Part shown: piece by piece, positions 11,927 through 24,839 of the stretch | Position numbering within the stretch: position 1 is the stretch's first letter | Layout of the letters: the number at the start of each line of letters is the position of its first letter | NCBI RefSeq assembly: GCF_022045235.1 | Contig: NW_027266275.1 | Span: forward strand, 68,634,001-68,698,000 | Length of the DNA stretch: 64,000 nt | Direction: 5' to 3' | Source: Haliotis cracherodii | Lineage: Eukaryota | Translations under genes and position numbers: made by a program | The notes under the pieces: model-generated | Told to the model about the DNA's origin: nothing | The model's input: only the letters and a program-made list of their open reading frames with translations | The model's database searches: none

Positions 11927-14289
11927 TTAACATTTCCCCACATCGATGACGTAGTAAACACAGTTAACGTTGATAAACATTGACTGAATTACATCTAGCT
12001 TTCACATCCTTGGGATATGATATGACCGACATACAGCAAATGAATAGAAGAGAGAATGGTTTTTGATTTCCTAAAATGCTAAACGCCATGCTGCTGAGAA
12101 GAATACATGCCGATATATTTAATACACGTTTAATAGTTATTGTGACTTCAAATTGTCTGGTGAATCGATTCTCTTTGTAGAAACAAAGTAAGTACACAGA
12201 GACTGACTTCATGTATTGATTATTGTGTAAAGAGCTTCTCCTGATGAATGTGTGATAAGCACTAGTAGGCAGCGTCAAATAAGTGGTTGCATACATCGAT
12301 GTAATGAAACATGTTCATTTTAGTTTTGAGGATTAAACGATTTTCTGTGCAACTATCATAACGTAGATTTGATCCTCAAATCAACATACTATTGTTCCTT
12401 CTTTAGAATAGTGAGCGTCAGATGGTTGGTTGGTTTGTTGTTTAACGTCGCACTCAGCAATATTCCAGCTATATTCGAAAGCATTGGATGTTATTTTATT
12501 TCTTTGGAGTAGTATTTTGTATATGAGTAGCCGTTACGGTAGTAGGCTGTCTCGGTATAGGTTGCCAACAAATATTTGAAATAATGTAATGTATGGTTGA
12601 TTGAGTAGGTTCATGTTTTATATGGGACATATTTTATAGCCTTTTATAGGTTTTCTCTGAGGTTTACATCTTTATATTTTGACCTTGACCCACAGTGACA
12701 TATAACCTTTTGCGTTGACGCTATTGTACCTGTTAAGACAATCAAGATCTATCCTAACAACAAGCACTGGATTACAAAGCGAGGTTTTTGTAACAGTGAT
12801 CATGAAAGTTAAATGTGTTTAAAAAACTATTATGCATGAAATAATATCTTTGTATAGAGCTAAAGTTTAGAAACAAATAACGACAACAACCTTCGCAAGT
12901 GAAAAGTATCAAAGATACAAAACAAAATTTGGTGATACCAAAAAATGATGTTATGAGTTATTTTAGCCAACTCAGTGTTCGTGCGTGTGGCCATGATAAT
13001 GTGTCTGGTTTTGTTTTGAAAGAGATATAAAACAACTGGTATCATTAATTTTTTTCTTTCAATTAAGTTCTGTTAACAATTATTCAATGCTATCTTTGGA
13101 AAACTATAAGACAATATGTCAATCAGTGTTTGCAATCAAATTGGGATAACACAAACAACTAACAAGCTGTATTATATTAAGTCAATGATCAATCGTACCA
13201 ATATCAATATTGCCTGTCGTAGAGACGATGTTGTTCTAAGATTTTGCATTCATGAAATAAATTCATCATTATGAAAAATATAGATTTTAGTCATTTTAAC
13301 TCGTATTTCTGTAACATGTGACACATTTTCTATCATCCTTTTAATCTAAGAAAATGATAAGCAAGTACAATGTACATAAAGATTAGTCTCCCTGTAAGCA
13401 ACAATTACTCCTATTGAAACGTTCCCTGAAGTAAATACACATGTTTTTGGTACATAAAAAGGCCAAACAAAGATTATATTGTCCTTGCCGCTTAAGATTT
13501 TAATATTGATCCCACTATTCCCATCCTTGCTTTATATCTTTACACAAAGTATGTTTACGTTCACTTTCCACTACTGGCATCTGTCTGTTTTAAACAAATA
13601 CAAAGGGCACAAAATTGAGCTCGTCAATCATTCGTACCAGTCAGTATTCGTTTCCTTAACTATGAAATCATTTATTATTATTGTCTAGATCTACCACATT
13701 TGTCTAACTTGAGAACCTTTTAATTTATGCCTCCCATATTTACTGTTTTACTTCGTTCATAGCAACACTAGCTTCACATTGTGTATGTCATGTTCACTAC
13801 AGGCACCTGAAACGCCTGTAAAATATTACTCCAATAACCCTGCGGTTCACCATAAAAAACACCGAGATGAAGTGCTTGTAAAATATGATCAACCAGATAG
13901 TCATCCTGCAGTCCATTATCAGAAAATGGGTAACAGGTTACAACTGATACTTCACGCTCTGAAGCGTATAATACTTACTGAAAACACATCATCTTCTATC
14001 CTATCTCCAAATAAAGCCAGAATATCATAACTTTATGGCAACTCGAACGCGCAACCATCATTTTACACCAATACAAAATAATTCTTTGCATTAATGAACT
14101 CGTTAGCATCTCTGAACGTAATTCCAATCAAATGAAAATTCAGCAAATAATATAGACTGACAAATACTAAATTATTGTTCGTAAGTTCTTTTTGGTGATT
14201 TTTGCACTCTGTCGTCACTTGTAGACATTTGCACATGCTATTGTTATTTCTAAATGCTACAAGCACCAAGGTGATCCTATAAGAATAAC

Positions 14290-15090
14290 ATTCTAGCCAT
14301 TCCAGGCCATAATAAACTGAGAGTCTGATCTGCAATCTTATCATGAAGTCGACTTAATGCTCTCCTGATGAATTCTGCACGGAGAACTAGTTGCCTCTTG
14401 TCTCCTATACCCATGACAGTATATATGTACATCACTCCCCGTTGTAGTTAGAGGTGACTGAATTCTAGGACAAGACCTGCAGGGATACCCTCTTGTGATG
14501 TAATCCGGCAGTTTCAAATAGTTTCAACCGCAACTTCCACATATCCCATATAAGGCAATGTCTCACAATTGTCACATTCTTAATCTCCAACGATGGTATT
14601 GTTGCAACTTTCCGGGATAGTTGACACTGATGATTCTGTGTCTGAGAGGGAACACCCATGACAACAACAGCAGCGGAGCATAGTATTTCTGTGAAAAGTA
14701 TATCCAGTATCAAACGGATATTTACATGATGGAAGAGATCATGCAGAACCAGAGAACAATAACAACCTTATTGTATGGTAAACTTGTAAGAGACTCAGTG
14801 ACACTATCCATGGCCCTGAACAGAAGCGACTGAACTACCCAAGCTATTTAATCAGCTTATCTGTGAGTTAGTAGAGTTGTGCAAGTGTTGAAGGAAACAG
14901 AAAAGTTTAAGGTTATGAATGTTAAATGTTTAGGTTTAGATCATTACTTTAAGTTACTGCAGCCCTAGGACACACTCAGAGTCCGGTCTGGCTGATGAGA
15001 GAAGACCAACCAACGCAAGGCTGGAGTGGGACCCATGAGTGATGAGCAGAGAGCGTTTGCCAAAGAAATTACTGTATTTGGCCACGTGGA
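14290..15090 (-). mobile_element. Ty3/Gypsy pol remnant (protease and integrase pieces)
   Basis: Homologous to 24840-27395. Carries SVSTIPES and LPYMGYVEV protease-region motifs and an integrase zinc-finger-region piece. Confidence 0.65.
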
Positions 15091-16551
15091 GAACACTTCA
15101 GAGGGATGGTAAATGGAAATTATTGCTTTCGAAAGTGGGTCTAAACACCAAATGGAAAATTTGTTGAAACTTCAATATTGTACAAACTCGATGAAACAAT
15201 ATAGAAGGAAAATGAGGAACGGGGCTAACTAACTCTGAACTGGTGACTATGGTCCGAAGGTGCTTTTTGCGAACAGTTTTCACGCTGGTTTATGAGTATT
15301 GAAGATTAGGAGGAAAACACGTACTGCATCAAAAGTCATCATGTAAACACAATTCTCTGTGGGATATATGCATTAACGAATATATGAAATCAATAATTTG
15401 TTTGTGGTTGTGTCTTATTATACAATTGTGTAAATGGCGATGTTTGAAGGGTTTACACCAGTGCATTCTTTGGCATCTCTGGAATATATAATTGTAAGCC
15501 CTTAGAAAGTTTGATGACACATTGATACGTTATGTCAAAGATCACGGTCATATCCAGGTAAAACGTTTGTTTGTGGCCTAACTCTTCCTTTGGTCGGGGG
15601 TCGAAGTTGGAAAAGTTCGTGCTTTACCTACACCTTTTATGCATGGACTGGTTAAATGATTTGAATACTTATCCACTACAGTGACCATTCATTGTTATGT
15701 TGAATTCTACCAAAGGACATCATGTTTGGTTTGTATGCTAGCTAGCCCTTTGAAATATTTTTGAAATATTTGTCACTGATATTGAATGTCAAATTCACTC
15801 TCAAGGTCAGACACTCAAAAAAGCTAACCCATTAAGTGGTTACTGTATGACAATAAAATCTGGAACGTGTCTTCTTCAGAGCAGGATCCACATTGGAAAA
15901 GATCCTGAGTGTATCGTCAAGGCTATGGTGAATGGTATGTTTTCCATTATCACTATATGCCTCTATCTGTACATATTTGTGAAGGCTTATACATGTAGTT
16001 GTTATATTATTTGAATACATACACGTGACCTACTTTCAATGAGTAGCATTTGCCATATTTTAATTTTCACATAGAATTTGGCTGAAGCCCCTCATAAATG
16101 GTTTAAGTTCTGTATAGCCCTTTGGGATTGTGTTTAAAATAGTGGCAACTGATATATCTATAAGGTCACTATCTTTGAGTACAAAATGTGTAATGTTAAC
16201 ACAAACTGAAGACATGCTCACTATAGTAGGACGTAATCTGGTACATGTCATCTAAAGGTGGGGCATATTGTGTTTCAAACTTCAATCAAACTAGTATAAT
16301 CTATACGTACCGTTCAAAATATTCTTAAAATAATCTCACCAGGACCATAGGTCCAAGTGAACATATAGCCGACGACTTCCAATTATTTCTAAAAACAAAG
16401 TGTAAGTATAACCATGATGTTTGAGGATATCATCAAGGCAAGGCAAGTCAAGTCAAAATTAATTTATAGGCATGAGGCCAGATACAAATGGTAACACAGT
16501 ACATATCCAAGCGCACATAGCACGGCTCAACATTTCAGATGAAACAAGACA

Positions 16552-16590
16552 CCCCCCCCCCCCCCCCCCCCCCCACCACACACACACACA
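16552..16590. repeat. poly-C plus (CA)n tract
   Basis: Directly visible. Confidence 0.9.
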
Positions 16591-16629
16591 CTAGTTGCCA
16601 AAGTGTATACTTACAAATATTTTCTTGTC

Positions 16630-17010
16630 TTGATCATAATGCATTATTTCGTTCATTCAAAAAGTGATACACACACTTTTCGAATCGAAGAAAGACATTC
16701 CTGCGACAGTTTAGCATTAACTGGACAAATTTGAAAACACTAGGGTGTACATATTTTGGCAAATCCAGCCGTCGTAACTCCATATATTTTGGACACATTA
16801 TTAAAACATGGTATTCATCCTCTATATCAGTGTGACAAAATGTATATAGACGCTGTTCTAGCTGTAATTTGGGTTTAACCCATCTCCCTTTTTCAATCAT
16901 GAACACATGTGAACCGAGCCTAAAACGTGTTAGAGCTACTCGGTATTTTACAACATAAGGAATCCTTCATTGATAGGTACAGTCAGGTCTTGATAATTGT
17001 TTTTTCCACA

Positions 17011-17083
<73 letters not shown>

Positions 17084-17750
17084 TTTTTTCTTACCCAAAG
17101 GCCCGTAATACTAGTAGTATACACAATACTACTATATCTATTTGGATCACACTTTAAAATTTTCAGCCAATATTTAACAATTCTAACGAACCGCACACTT
17201 ATCAATTGTAGTACCCCCGAATTCACCATAAACATATGCCTATGGTGTAGATAATTTAACACTTAATATCTCTTTAATAAATCTTTCAATTGCATTAGCC
17301 TCCCTAAAACCCCACACCTCACATCCATAACATAATATGGGTTGAATTGATAATAGAATTAACTGGTACTGGATATCAACAGAAATATACTTATTACTAT
17401 TAATAACTATTTACAATGAAAATGAAGCTTTCATTGCCTGTTCAGATAAAGGTTTTTGACTACCAGAGGGTGTAAACTAGGGCTGGGACAAGTCCAAATT
17501 CACTAGCCGGGTACCCACCACCCTATTACCCGACCATACCCGGGTACCCGTTGCAGATAAACACCATACCAATTGGATTAGCCAATTTACTAAAATAATC
17601 CACAAAATTACACTCACTGTTTCCCACAGAGGCGTTAATCTTTTTCCAAAATTGATAAACATTCGACTTACTAAGGCCAGCTAACAACTGTGCATCCTGT
17701 TTGTCCTTACGTCTACTAGAAATTCCTTTTGTTTATTAAACACACTAAAC
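16630..17750 (-). mobile_element. Decayed LINE 3' region (CR1/RTE-like)
   Basis: PILCYGCEVWG-like motif and the C-terminal zinc finger FCHTDIEDEYHVLIMCPKYMELRR. Partly duplicated at 27400-28140. Confidence 0.7.
17013..17072. repeat. (TG)n microsatellite
   Basis: Directly visible. Confidence 0.95.
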
Positions 17751-18447
17751 ATCCCAAAACAAATATTAATGAATGTTGTTGGAAAACTGTCTTCTACAAA
17801 AGTACATGCGCAGAAATCTCCGCTTTCAGGGGATACTTCGAACTAAAATGTCACGAAATATTACTGCAGCTATCAGATATGCCCAGGCTAACATTATTTA
17901 CAAGAAACAAAACATGAACAAAACTTGCATTTGAATACCTTTCGGAAACCTTCCGGATATCTTCAGTTCAGTCCGGATATGTTTCACACTAAATTGACAC
18001 ACAAAACATTTTGCCTGAATATTTCCAGGTAGGATTCAAAGTGGGAAGGTATCTGGAAGGTTTCCGGAAAACGGACACCTACCTTTTTTTACTATTTACA
18101 ATAATTGTTCATATGTATAAGCTTCGAATTCAGTGATAACTTAATCGGAGATTCAATTAACATACACAAGGTTCCATTGAATTCTAACATGGTTTAGGGC
18201 GAGATGAAAGGCGCACCCTTTTATATTAGACAACAGTTTGTGCCGTTTGTGGTCAAGCACCTACACATTTGGAATCAGTCTGCGAGACGTATCCCATGTG
18301 CTTGGCAAAGAATGTTAACTCTGTCTACAAATACAAACCTTAAGAATCTCATCTAGATGTGATCGGAAGAAGCTCGTCTCGTGATAAAATCAACTCAAAG
18401 GAACCAAGGGTTACCCTGTTGCATGAAACTGTAAAGCCAGCCAACAG

Positions 18448-19638
18448 TCAATTTGTTAATACTATGAGTACAGTGAAGAGAACGATGCCGAGATTGATAT
18501 TCATGAAGAGGAATAACCTCAGACACATGGCTTCAAGCGTGGCAGACACATCCATCCAGGATGGATCCTCTGTGCTCACCTTGGCATTTACGTCATCAGC
18601 ATGATCTTGATCTACAGCAGCAGTCTGCTTTTTATTTGACGAATAACATTTCCAGAGAACAACCCATTTCTGCAGCACTTTGGGCACCTTTCCCTGGCGC
18701 TTGTAGATCCTGAGAATGAGGATCATCATGGCCACAGAGAGTGAGCTTAGGGTGAGCATAGCGGTCAGGTAGATGGTGAGGTAGGACGTCTGGCGGGACG
18801 TTTTTGGCATGTCTGTGGTCATCTGAGTCAGGAACACGCCGAAGGAGAGTAGAACCGTCATGGATAGAGCCACTTTGTCACCGTACTCTATTGGCAGAGC
18901 AAACACCAAGGAGCTAAGAAGAGATAGAAGTGTGATGGGGATTATCAGGTTGTAGACGTAATATGATGGTCGGCGTTTCAGGGTCAGTTCTACAATTAGT
19001 CGAGGGTACTCATGTTCCTTTAGAAATGTTGTTATATTTTTTAATTGCCATAATCCATTCCCACCCGTAGTATAGGGATCCAAATGATGCGGAAGTGGTG
19101 TGAACTTAACTTTGTCCGACGTTGAAACCCAGGTTGATAGAACAAGATTGCAAATTTGAGTATCAAGCGGAAAATGGACAATATCAAAGTCGCACTGGCT
19201 CTGGAAGAGATCACCGTGGTCCCATTCTACTAATCCAGTGTGTTCCACGCATACAGGTACTTGTTGGTGATTGAAAAGCTTCATTCCCGTGGCGGAATTT
19301 AAGAGCAGTAAATCAGGGGTCCAGATTGTTTGACTAGACAGATATATTTTCTCTGTACCATTGAAATCTGTAACGTTCCACTTTAATGAATCATCAACCC
19401 AATGGAACGTGAACCATCCACTGGTGGAGAATGATTGTCGCTGTTCATCAAGTTCTACTATTTGGGAAAGGGAAAAATATATTCCAATATCCAACACTTT
19501 ATTTGTTTGGAAAACCTCTTGATTGTAGCTTTCAAGAAGGTGTTTTGAAAGTTCCCCTTGTCCAGCAAGCGTCATCCCGTGAATTTGTACGAGAACAATA
19601 GTGCCGAGAAAAATGCTCGTGAACACTTTCACAGCCAT
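18448..19638 (-). CDS. Intronless nAChR-like Cys-loop subunit, non-alpha (copy B, 396 aa)
   Basis: Same motifs as copy A; Cys-loop CDFDIVHFPLDTQIC. M1-M3 are identical to copy A at protein level. Ends IVLTN*. Confidence 0.96.
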   Translation of the reverse strand: MAVKVFTSIFLGTIVLVQIHGMTLAGQGELSKHLLESYNQEVFQTNKVLDIGIYFSLSQIVELDEQRQSFSTSGWFTFHWVDDSLKWNVTDFNGTEKIYLSSQTIWTPDLLLLNSATGMKLFNHQQVPVCVEHTGLVEWDHGDLFQSQCDFDIVHFPLDTQICNLVLSTWVSTSDKVKFTPLPHHLDPYTTGGNGLWQLKNITTFLKEHEYPRLIVELTLKRRPSYYVYNLIIPITLLSLLSSLVFALPIEYGDKVALSMTVLLSFGVFLTQMTTDMPKTSRQTSYLTIYLTAMLTLSSLSVAMMILILRIYKRQGKVPKVLQKWVVLWKCYSSNKKQTAAVDQDHADDVNAKVSTEDPSWMDVSATLEAMCLRLFLFMNINLGIVLFTVLIVLTN

Positions 19639-19760
19639 TTCCTCTGACTCGTCTCCCTTGTCTGAACAGTGGTGACTAGAAGCTTATAATAAAGGTGATC
19701 GATCGGTTTATGTAAGTCATGAAAGAGTGTTGAAGATAACGCTCTAAACACTTCCATTAA

Positions 19761-20895
19761 CCCCCTGGATGCCACAGGGACATATGTATCCCTTCTCATC
19801 AACCCTCACTTGGAAGTCGAATAAAATTCAACATACATCATTCACACAATTCACAGTTGTAAATTCTGAGGCAAATTATCTGTTCTGTGATATGACGAAC
19901 GAAGCAAATTTATTGAAAATGAATGAAATTACAAAAATAGGATATTAATGATCACGGGTATCTGTCATGTATTTAACCACCAAAGATCATTACGAAACGT
20001 CAACGTCGAGTGGTTTCGAAATTACGCAAACACTAAATCCGAAGAGAACTTTCCGCAACATGGGATAGTGTTTATAAAATCCATTTTCACGTGAGCCGGT
20101 TATATCGTCACCGGTCTTAGTCTTAGACCTAGTTTAACCACCCAATCTAACCTGCTTCACTATTACAATAGCACAGTCACCCTTGCGCTTGCCTTCCCTA
20201 TTGTTTCTCTGGTCTCTATTGTCTCGCCCCAGCCCCTTACTTTTAGTGACAGGGTGCATTATGGGACTGGTCAGTTTGAATTTACACTTGTAATTGACTT
20301 TGTATGGAGACAAGTTCTCAGTTCATCGCTGAAATATTTCAGTCAACTGTCACAGGTGTGTCCCGGTAAATCTAATGATGTATGATGTTGTGACATCATA
20401 GGGCACAGTGCCATACACCTGGGCCTCTGTTCATTAATTCAATTGAATTAAAAAACGGTCATCAACAAATCAACCTGCGTTTAGTGATTCATTCACCTAA
20501 ACCACCCCGGTTATATAAGCGTACACATCCATTTCATATATCATCATGTCGTTCAGACATTAGGCAGTATATTGTCAGCTCACAGTTTCAATGAAGGTGT
20601 TAAATAAAAAAACAATCATTGGAATGTAATGTTATTGGTATTTGATAAAAAGTTGCGAAATTAGCTTGATTTTTTACGTATAACAAACTCTCGGGCAAAA
20701 CTTAGCAATCTCTGTTTTCAAACGAATTAATATTAGCAGTTCATTTTTATACCAACAAAATGGAAATTTAATATTCTACATCCCTGCGTCATTTTATATT
20801 CTGATGTAGACCCAGTAAACCGAATTTTCTTACAACGTGCACTTTTCAAATCTTATGAAAATGTGCGCCAGAAAAATAACTCGGCATCCAGGGGG
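19761..20895. mobile_element. piggyBac-like non-autonomous element upstream of copy B
   Basis: TTAA|ccccctggatgcc ... ggcatccaggggg|TTAA, a perfect 13-bp TIR, at the same site as in unit A. Confidence 0.78.
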
Positions 20896-21396
20896 TTAAC
20901 ATGTCCCCACATCGATGACGTAGTAAACACAGTTAACATTGATAAACATTGACTGAATTACATCAAGCTTTCACGTCCTTGGGTATGATATCACCAACAT
21001 ACAGCAAATAAATAGAAGAGAGAATGTTTTGATTGACTGAAATGCTAAACGCAATGCTAGAAGAAAAAATCAAATTTACTTTTCTTTATGTAAATGGTAG
21101 AATATATGCCGATATATTTTTTCACACGTTTAATAGTTATTGTGACTTCAATTTTCTGGTGAATCGATTCTCTTTGTAGAACCAAAGTAAGTACACAGAG
21201 ACTGACTTCATGTATTGATTATTGTGTAAACAGCTTCTCCTAATGAATGTGTGATAAGCACTAGTAGGGAGCGTCAAATAAGCGGTTGCATACAACAATG
21301 TAATGAAACATGTTCATTTTAGTTTTGAGGATTAAACGATTTTCTGTGCAACTATCATAACGTAGATTTGATCTTTTTAATCAACCTACCAGTGTT

Positions 21397-21975
21397 CCAG
21401 CCTGTTTCCCTGGGTATGCTGCGCTGGCGCTACACTGACCCATGCAATGACTGCACAATGGCCGCCTCCACTAGCCGAACAAAACCAACCAACCATCTGA
21501 CGCTCACTATTTTAAAGTAAAAACAATGGCAGCCTGGTTCCTTGGGTATGCTGCGCTGGTGCTACACTGACCCAGGCAATGACTGCAGAATGGCCGCCTC
21601 CTCCAGACGAACAAAAATGACGCACACGCCATGTATTTACAAAAGAAAAACTCTAGAACGGATGGTTACAATTTGTTCTTAGCATTTTCATGAATGTCAC
21701 GAGAATAACGTCTGTTGTTACCTTCAGTGAAGGAAAACATTCTTTAAGCTGTTTCGAGACTCGAAAGTGGTCGTCGAAAAAATATTAACCACCTGTTCTA
21801 GAGTTTTTCTGTAGTAAATACATGGCGTGTCCGCCATGTTTGTTCGTCTGGTGGATGCGGCAATTGTGCAGTCATTGCCTGGGTCAATGAAGCGCCAGCG
21901 CAGCATACCCAGGGAACCAGGCTGCCATTGTTCTTTCTTTAGAATAGTGAGCGTCAGATGGTTGGTTGGTTTGTT
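21397..21975. repeat. Foldback / long inverted repeat
   Basis: ~21481-21670 is the reverse complement of ~21786-21975, with an extra partial arm at 21397-21483. Confidence 0.8.
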
Positions 21976-22227
21976 GTTTAACGTCGCACTCAGCAATATT
22001 CCAGCTATATGACGGCGGTCTGTAAATTATCAACTCTGGACCAGACAAGCCAGTGATTAATACCATGAGCACCGATCCACGCAATTGGAATCGACGACAT
22101 GCATCAACCAAGTCAGAGAACCTGACCACCCGATCCCGTTAGTCGCTTCTTATGACAAGCATAGTCACCTTTTACGGCAAGTATGGGTTGCTGAAGACCT
22201 ATTCTACCCGGAAATCTTCACGGGTCG
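21958..22227 (-). mobile_element. SINE family 1, near full length
   Basis: Reverse complement of gacccgtgaagat...gcaacccat.cttg...gactaacgggatcgggtggtcagg...gctggaatattgctgagtgcgacgttaaacaacaaacc. Confidence 0.85.
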
Positions 22228-24839
22228 GTGGAAGGTCATAACATGAGTAACGTTTTGACACATACTACCAAAAAGAAGTTAAAGAACACCCGATTCTTTC
22301 ATATTACTCCAGTTAATCTATCATGGCATGACAGCTTAACTACGGTAATTCGAAAGCATTGGATGTTCTTTTATTTCTTTGGAGTAATATATTGTATAAG
22401 AGTAGGTAGTAGGCTGTTTCGGTATAGGTTGCCAACAAATATTTGAAATAATGTGATGAGTCTTTAATGGAATAGGTTCATTTCTTATATGGGATATTTG
22501 TTTATAGCCTTTTATAGGCTTTCTCAGAGTTTTATATCTTTTTGTTTTCACCTAGACCCGCAGTGACATGTGACCTTTTGCGTTGACTCTATTGTATCTG
22601 TTAAGACAATCAAGATCTATCCTAACAACAAGCCTTGGATTACAAAACGCGAGTTTTTTGTAGCGGTGATCATGAAAGTTAAATGTTTTTAAAAAACTAT
22701 TATGCATGAAATAATAAGATCTTTGTATAGAACTAAAGTTTAGAAACAAAATAACGACAAAAACCTTCGCAAGTGAAAAGTATTAAAGATCCAAAACAAA
22801 ATTTGGTGATAACAAAAAATGATATTATGAATTATTTCAGCCAACTCAGTGTTCGTGCGTGTGGCCATGATAATGTGTCTGGTTTTGTTTTGAAAGAGAT
22901 ATAAAACAACTGGTATCATTAAAACAATTTTCGTTCAGTTAAGTTCTTTAATTAAACAATCATTCGATGCTTTTTCTTTGGAAAACTATAAGACAATATG
23001 TCAATCAGTGTTTGCAGTCAAATTGGGATAACACAAACAACTAACAAGCTGCTTAATATTAAGTCAATGATCAATCGTACCAATATCAATACTGCCTGTC
23101 GTAGAGATGATGTTGTTTTACGATTCTAAGATTTTAGCATTCATGAGTTATATTCATCATTATGAAAAATATAGATTTTAGTCATTTTTACTCGTATTTC
23201 TGTATCATGTGACATATTTTCTATCATCCTTTTATTATTGTTCTCTATATTGTTCTCGTCAATCATTCGTACCAGTCAGTATTCGTTTCCTTAACTACGA
23301 AACCATGTATTATTATTGTGTAGATCTACCACATTTGTCTAACTTGAGAACCTTTTAATTTATGCCTCCCATATTTCCCTTTTTTCCATTTCCATTGTTG
23401 ATTGGTGTTTTTACATCGCTTTTTCATGGTGTTTATGTGTGTGTCGGTGTATTTAACTTAATTCATTGACCTATTTCTCTATGATGTAACACAAATATCC
23501 GTAGGGATAATGTAGTATTATTTTATTCTTATGTTACCTGAAGAAAGTGTCTGTGTAAAACATTGCCATGACAAAGCCAAACCAATGTCATGACTTAAAA
23601 GAAAAAATAAATATTGCTTTGTATTTATCGATTATTTACAGAACGCCGTCATATAGCTGGAATATTGCTGAATGCGGCGTTTAACAACAAACAAACAAAC
23701 AAAATAACTGACAAACAATCAGACTTTAACAAATCCTCCTAGATAAAACACATTCTTTTTTAAACATAATACATATTATACTCCGTCTCAGGGACGCAAG
23801 CTAGAACCTCATAAAATGAAAATATGCAGTGAATAGTCATCAATAAATAAATATACTATAAACACAGTTGCACTACCATGTGTGGAATATATGCATTAGA
23901 AATACGACAAAATATTATACGTAGACACATGATTGGTATAGATTGAATAAAAGAGGAAAGAAATTTCTTTCTGACATGTGTATTCACGAGGTTCTGAAAT
24001 AATGCAGAAAACAGGTGTAATACAATAATACAAACACTCAACATATACCATACTTAGTAAGTATTTTACCCATCGTTCACATATTACTGTTTTACTTCGT
24101 TCATAGCAACACTAGCTTCACATTCTGCATGTCATTTTCACTACAGGCACCTGAAACGCCTGTAGAATATTACTCCAATAACCCTGCGGTTCACCATAAA
24201 AAAACACCGAGATGAAATGCTTGTAAAATATGATCATCCAGATAGTCATCCTGCTGTCCATTATCAGAAAATGGGTAACAGGTTATAAATGAAATTTCAC
24301 GTTCTAAAGCGTATAATACTTACTGAAAACACATCATCTTCTATCCTATCTCCAAAAAAGCCAGAATACCATAACTTTATGGCAACTGGAATGCGCAACC
24401 ATGATTTTACACCCATACAAATTAATGCTTTGCATTAATGAACTCGTTTGCATCTCTGAACGTAATTCCAATCAAATGAACATTCAGAAAATAATATAGA
24501 CTGACAAACACTAAATTATTGTTCGTAAGTTCTTTTTGGGTGATTTGTGTACTTTGTCGTCACTTGTAGACATTTGCACAAGCTATTGTTATTTCTAAAT
24601 GCTACAAGCATCAAGGTGATCCTATAAGAATAACATTCTAGAGCATAGAGACTAATGGAATCTCAATCGGGATTGTAAATTCAACATCGATACATATACA
24701 TATATCACTTGTATTCATTCTTAAAAACATTTTACAGAATGTACACATGGCTTATGCCCAAGTCAAATACAAAGGTAAGTTGAATTAAAACTTGATTCAG
24801 CATTGCATTTGCTCAGATCTTTAATGTAGGTGGTCTAAC

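Noticed and set aside
16927-17262. ORFs with CVCVCV/THTHTH runs, and YIYIYI at 34470-34670
   Set aside because: Translations of dinucleotide microsatellites.
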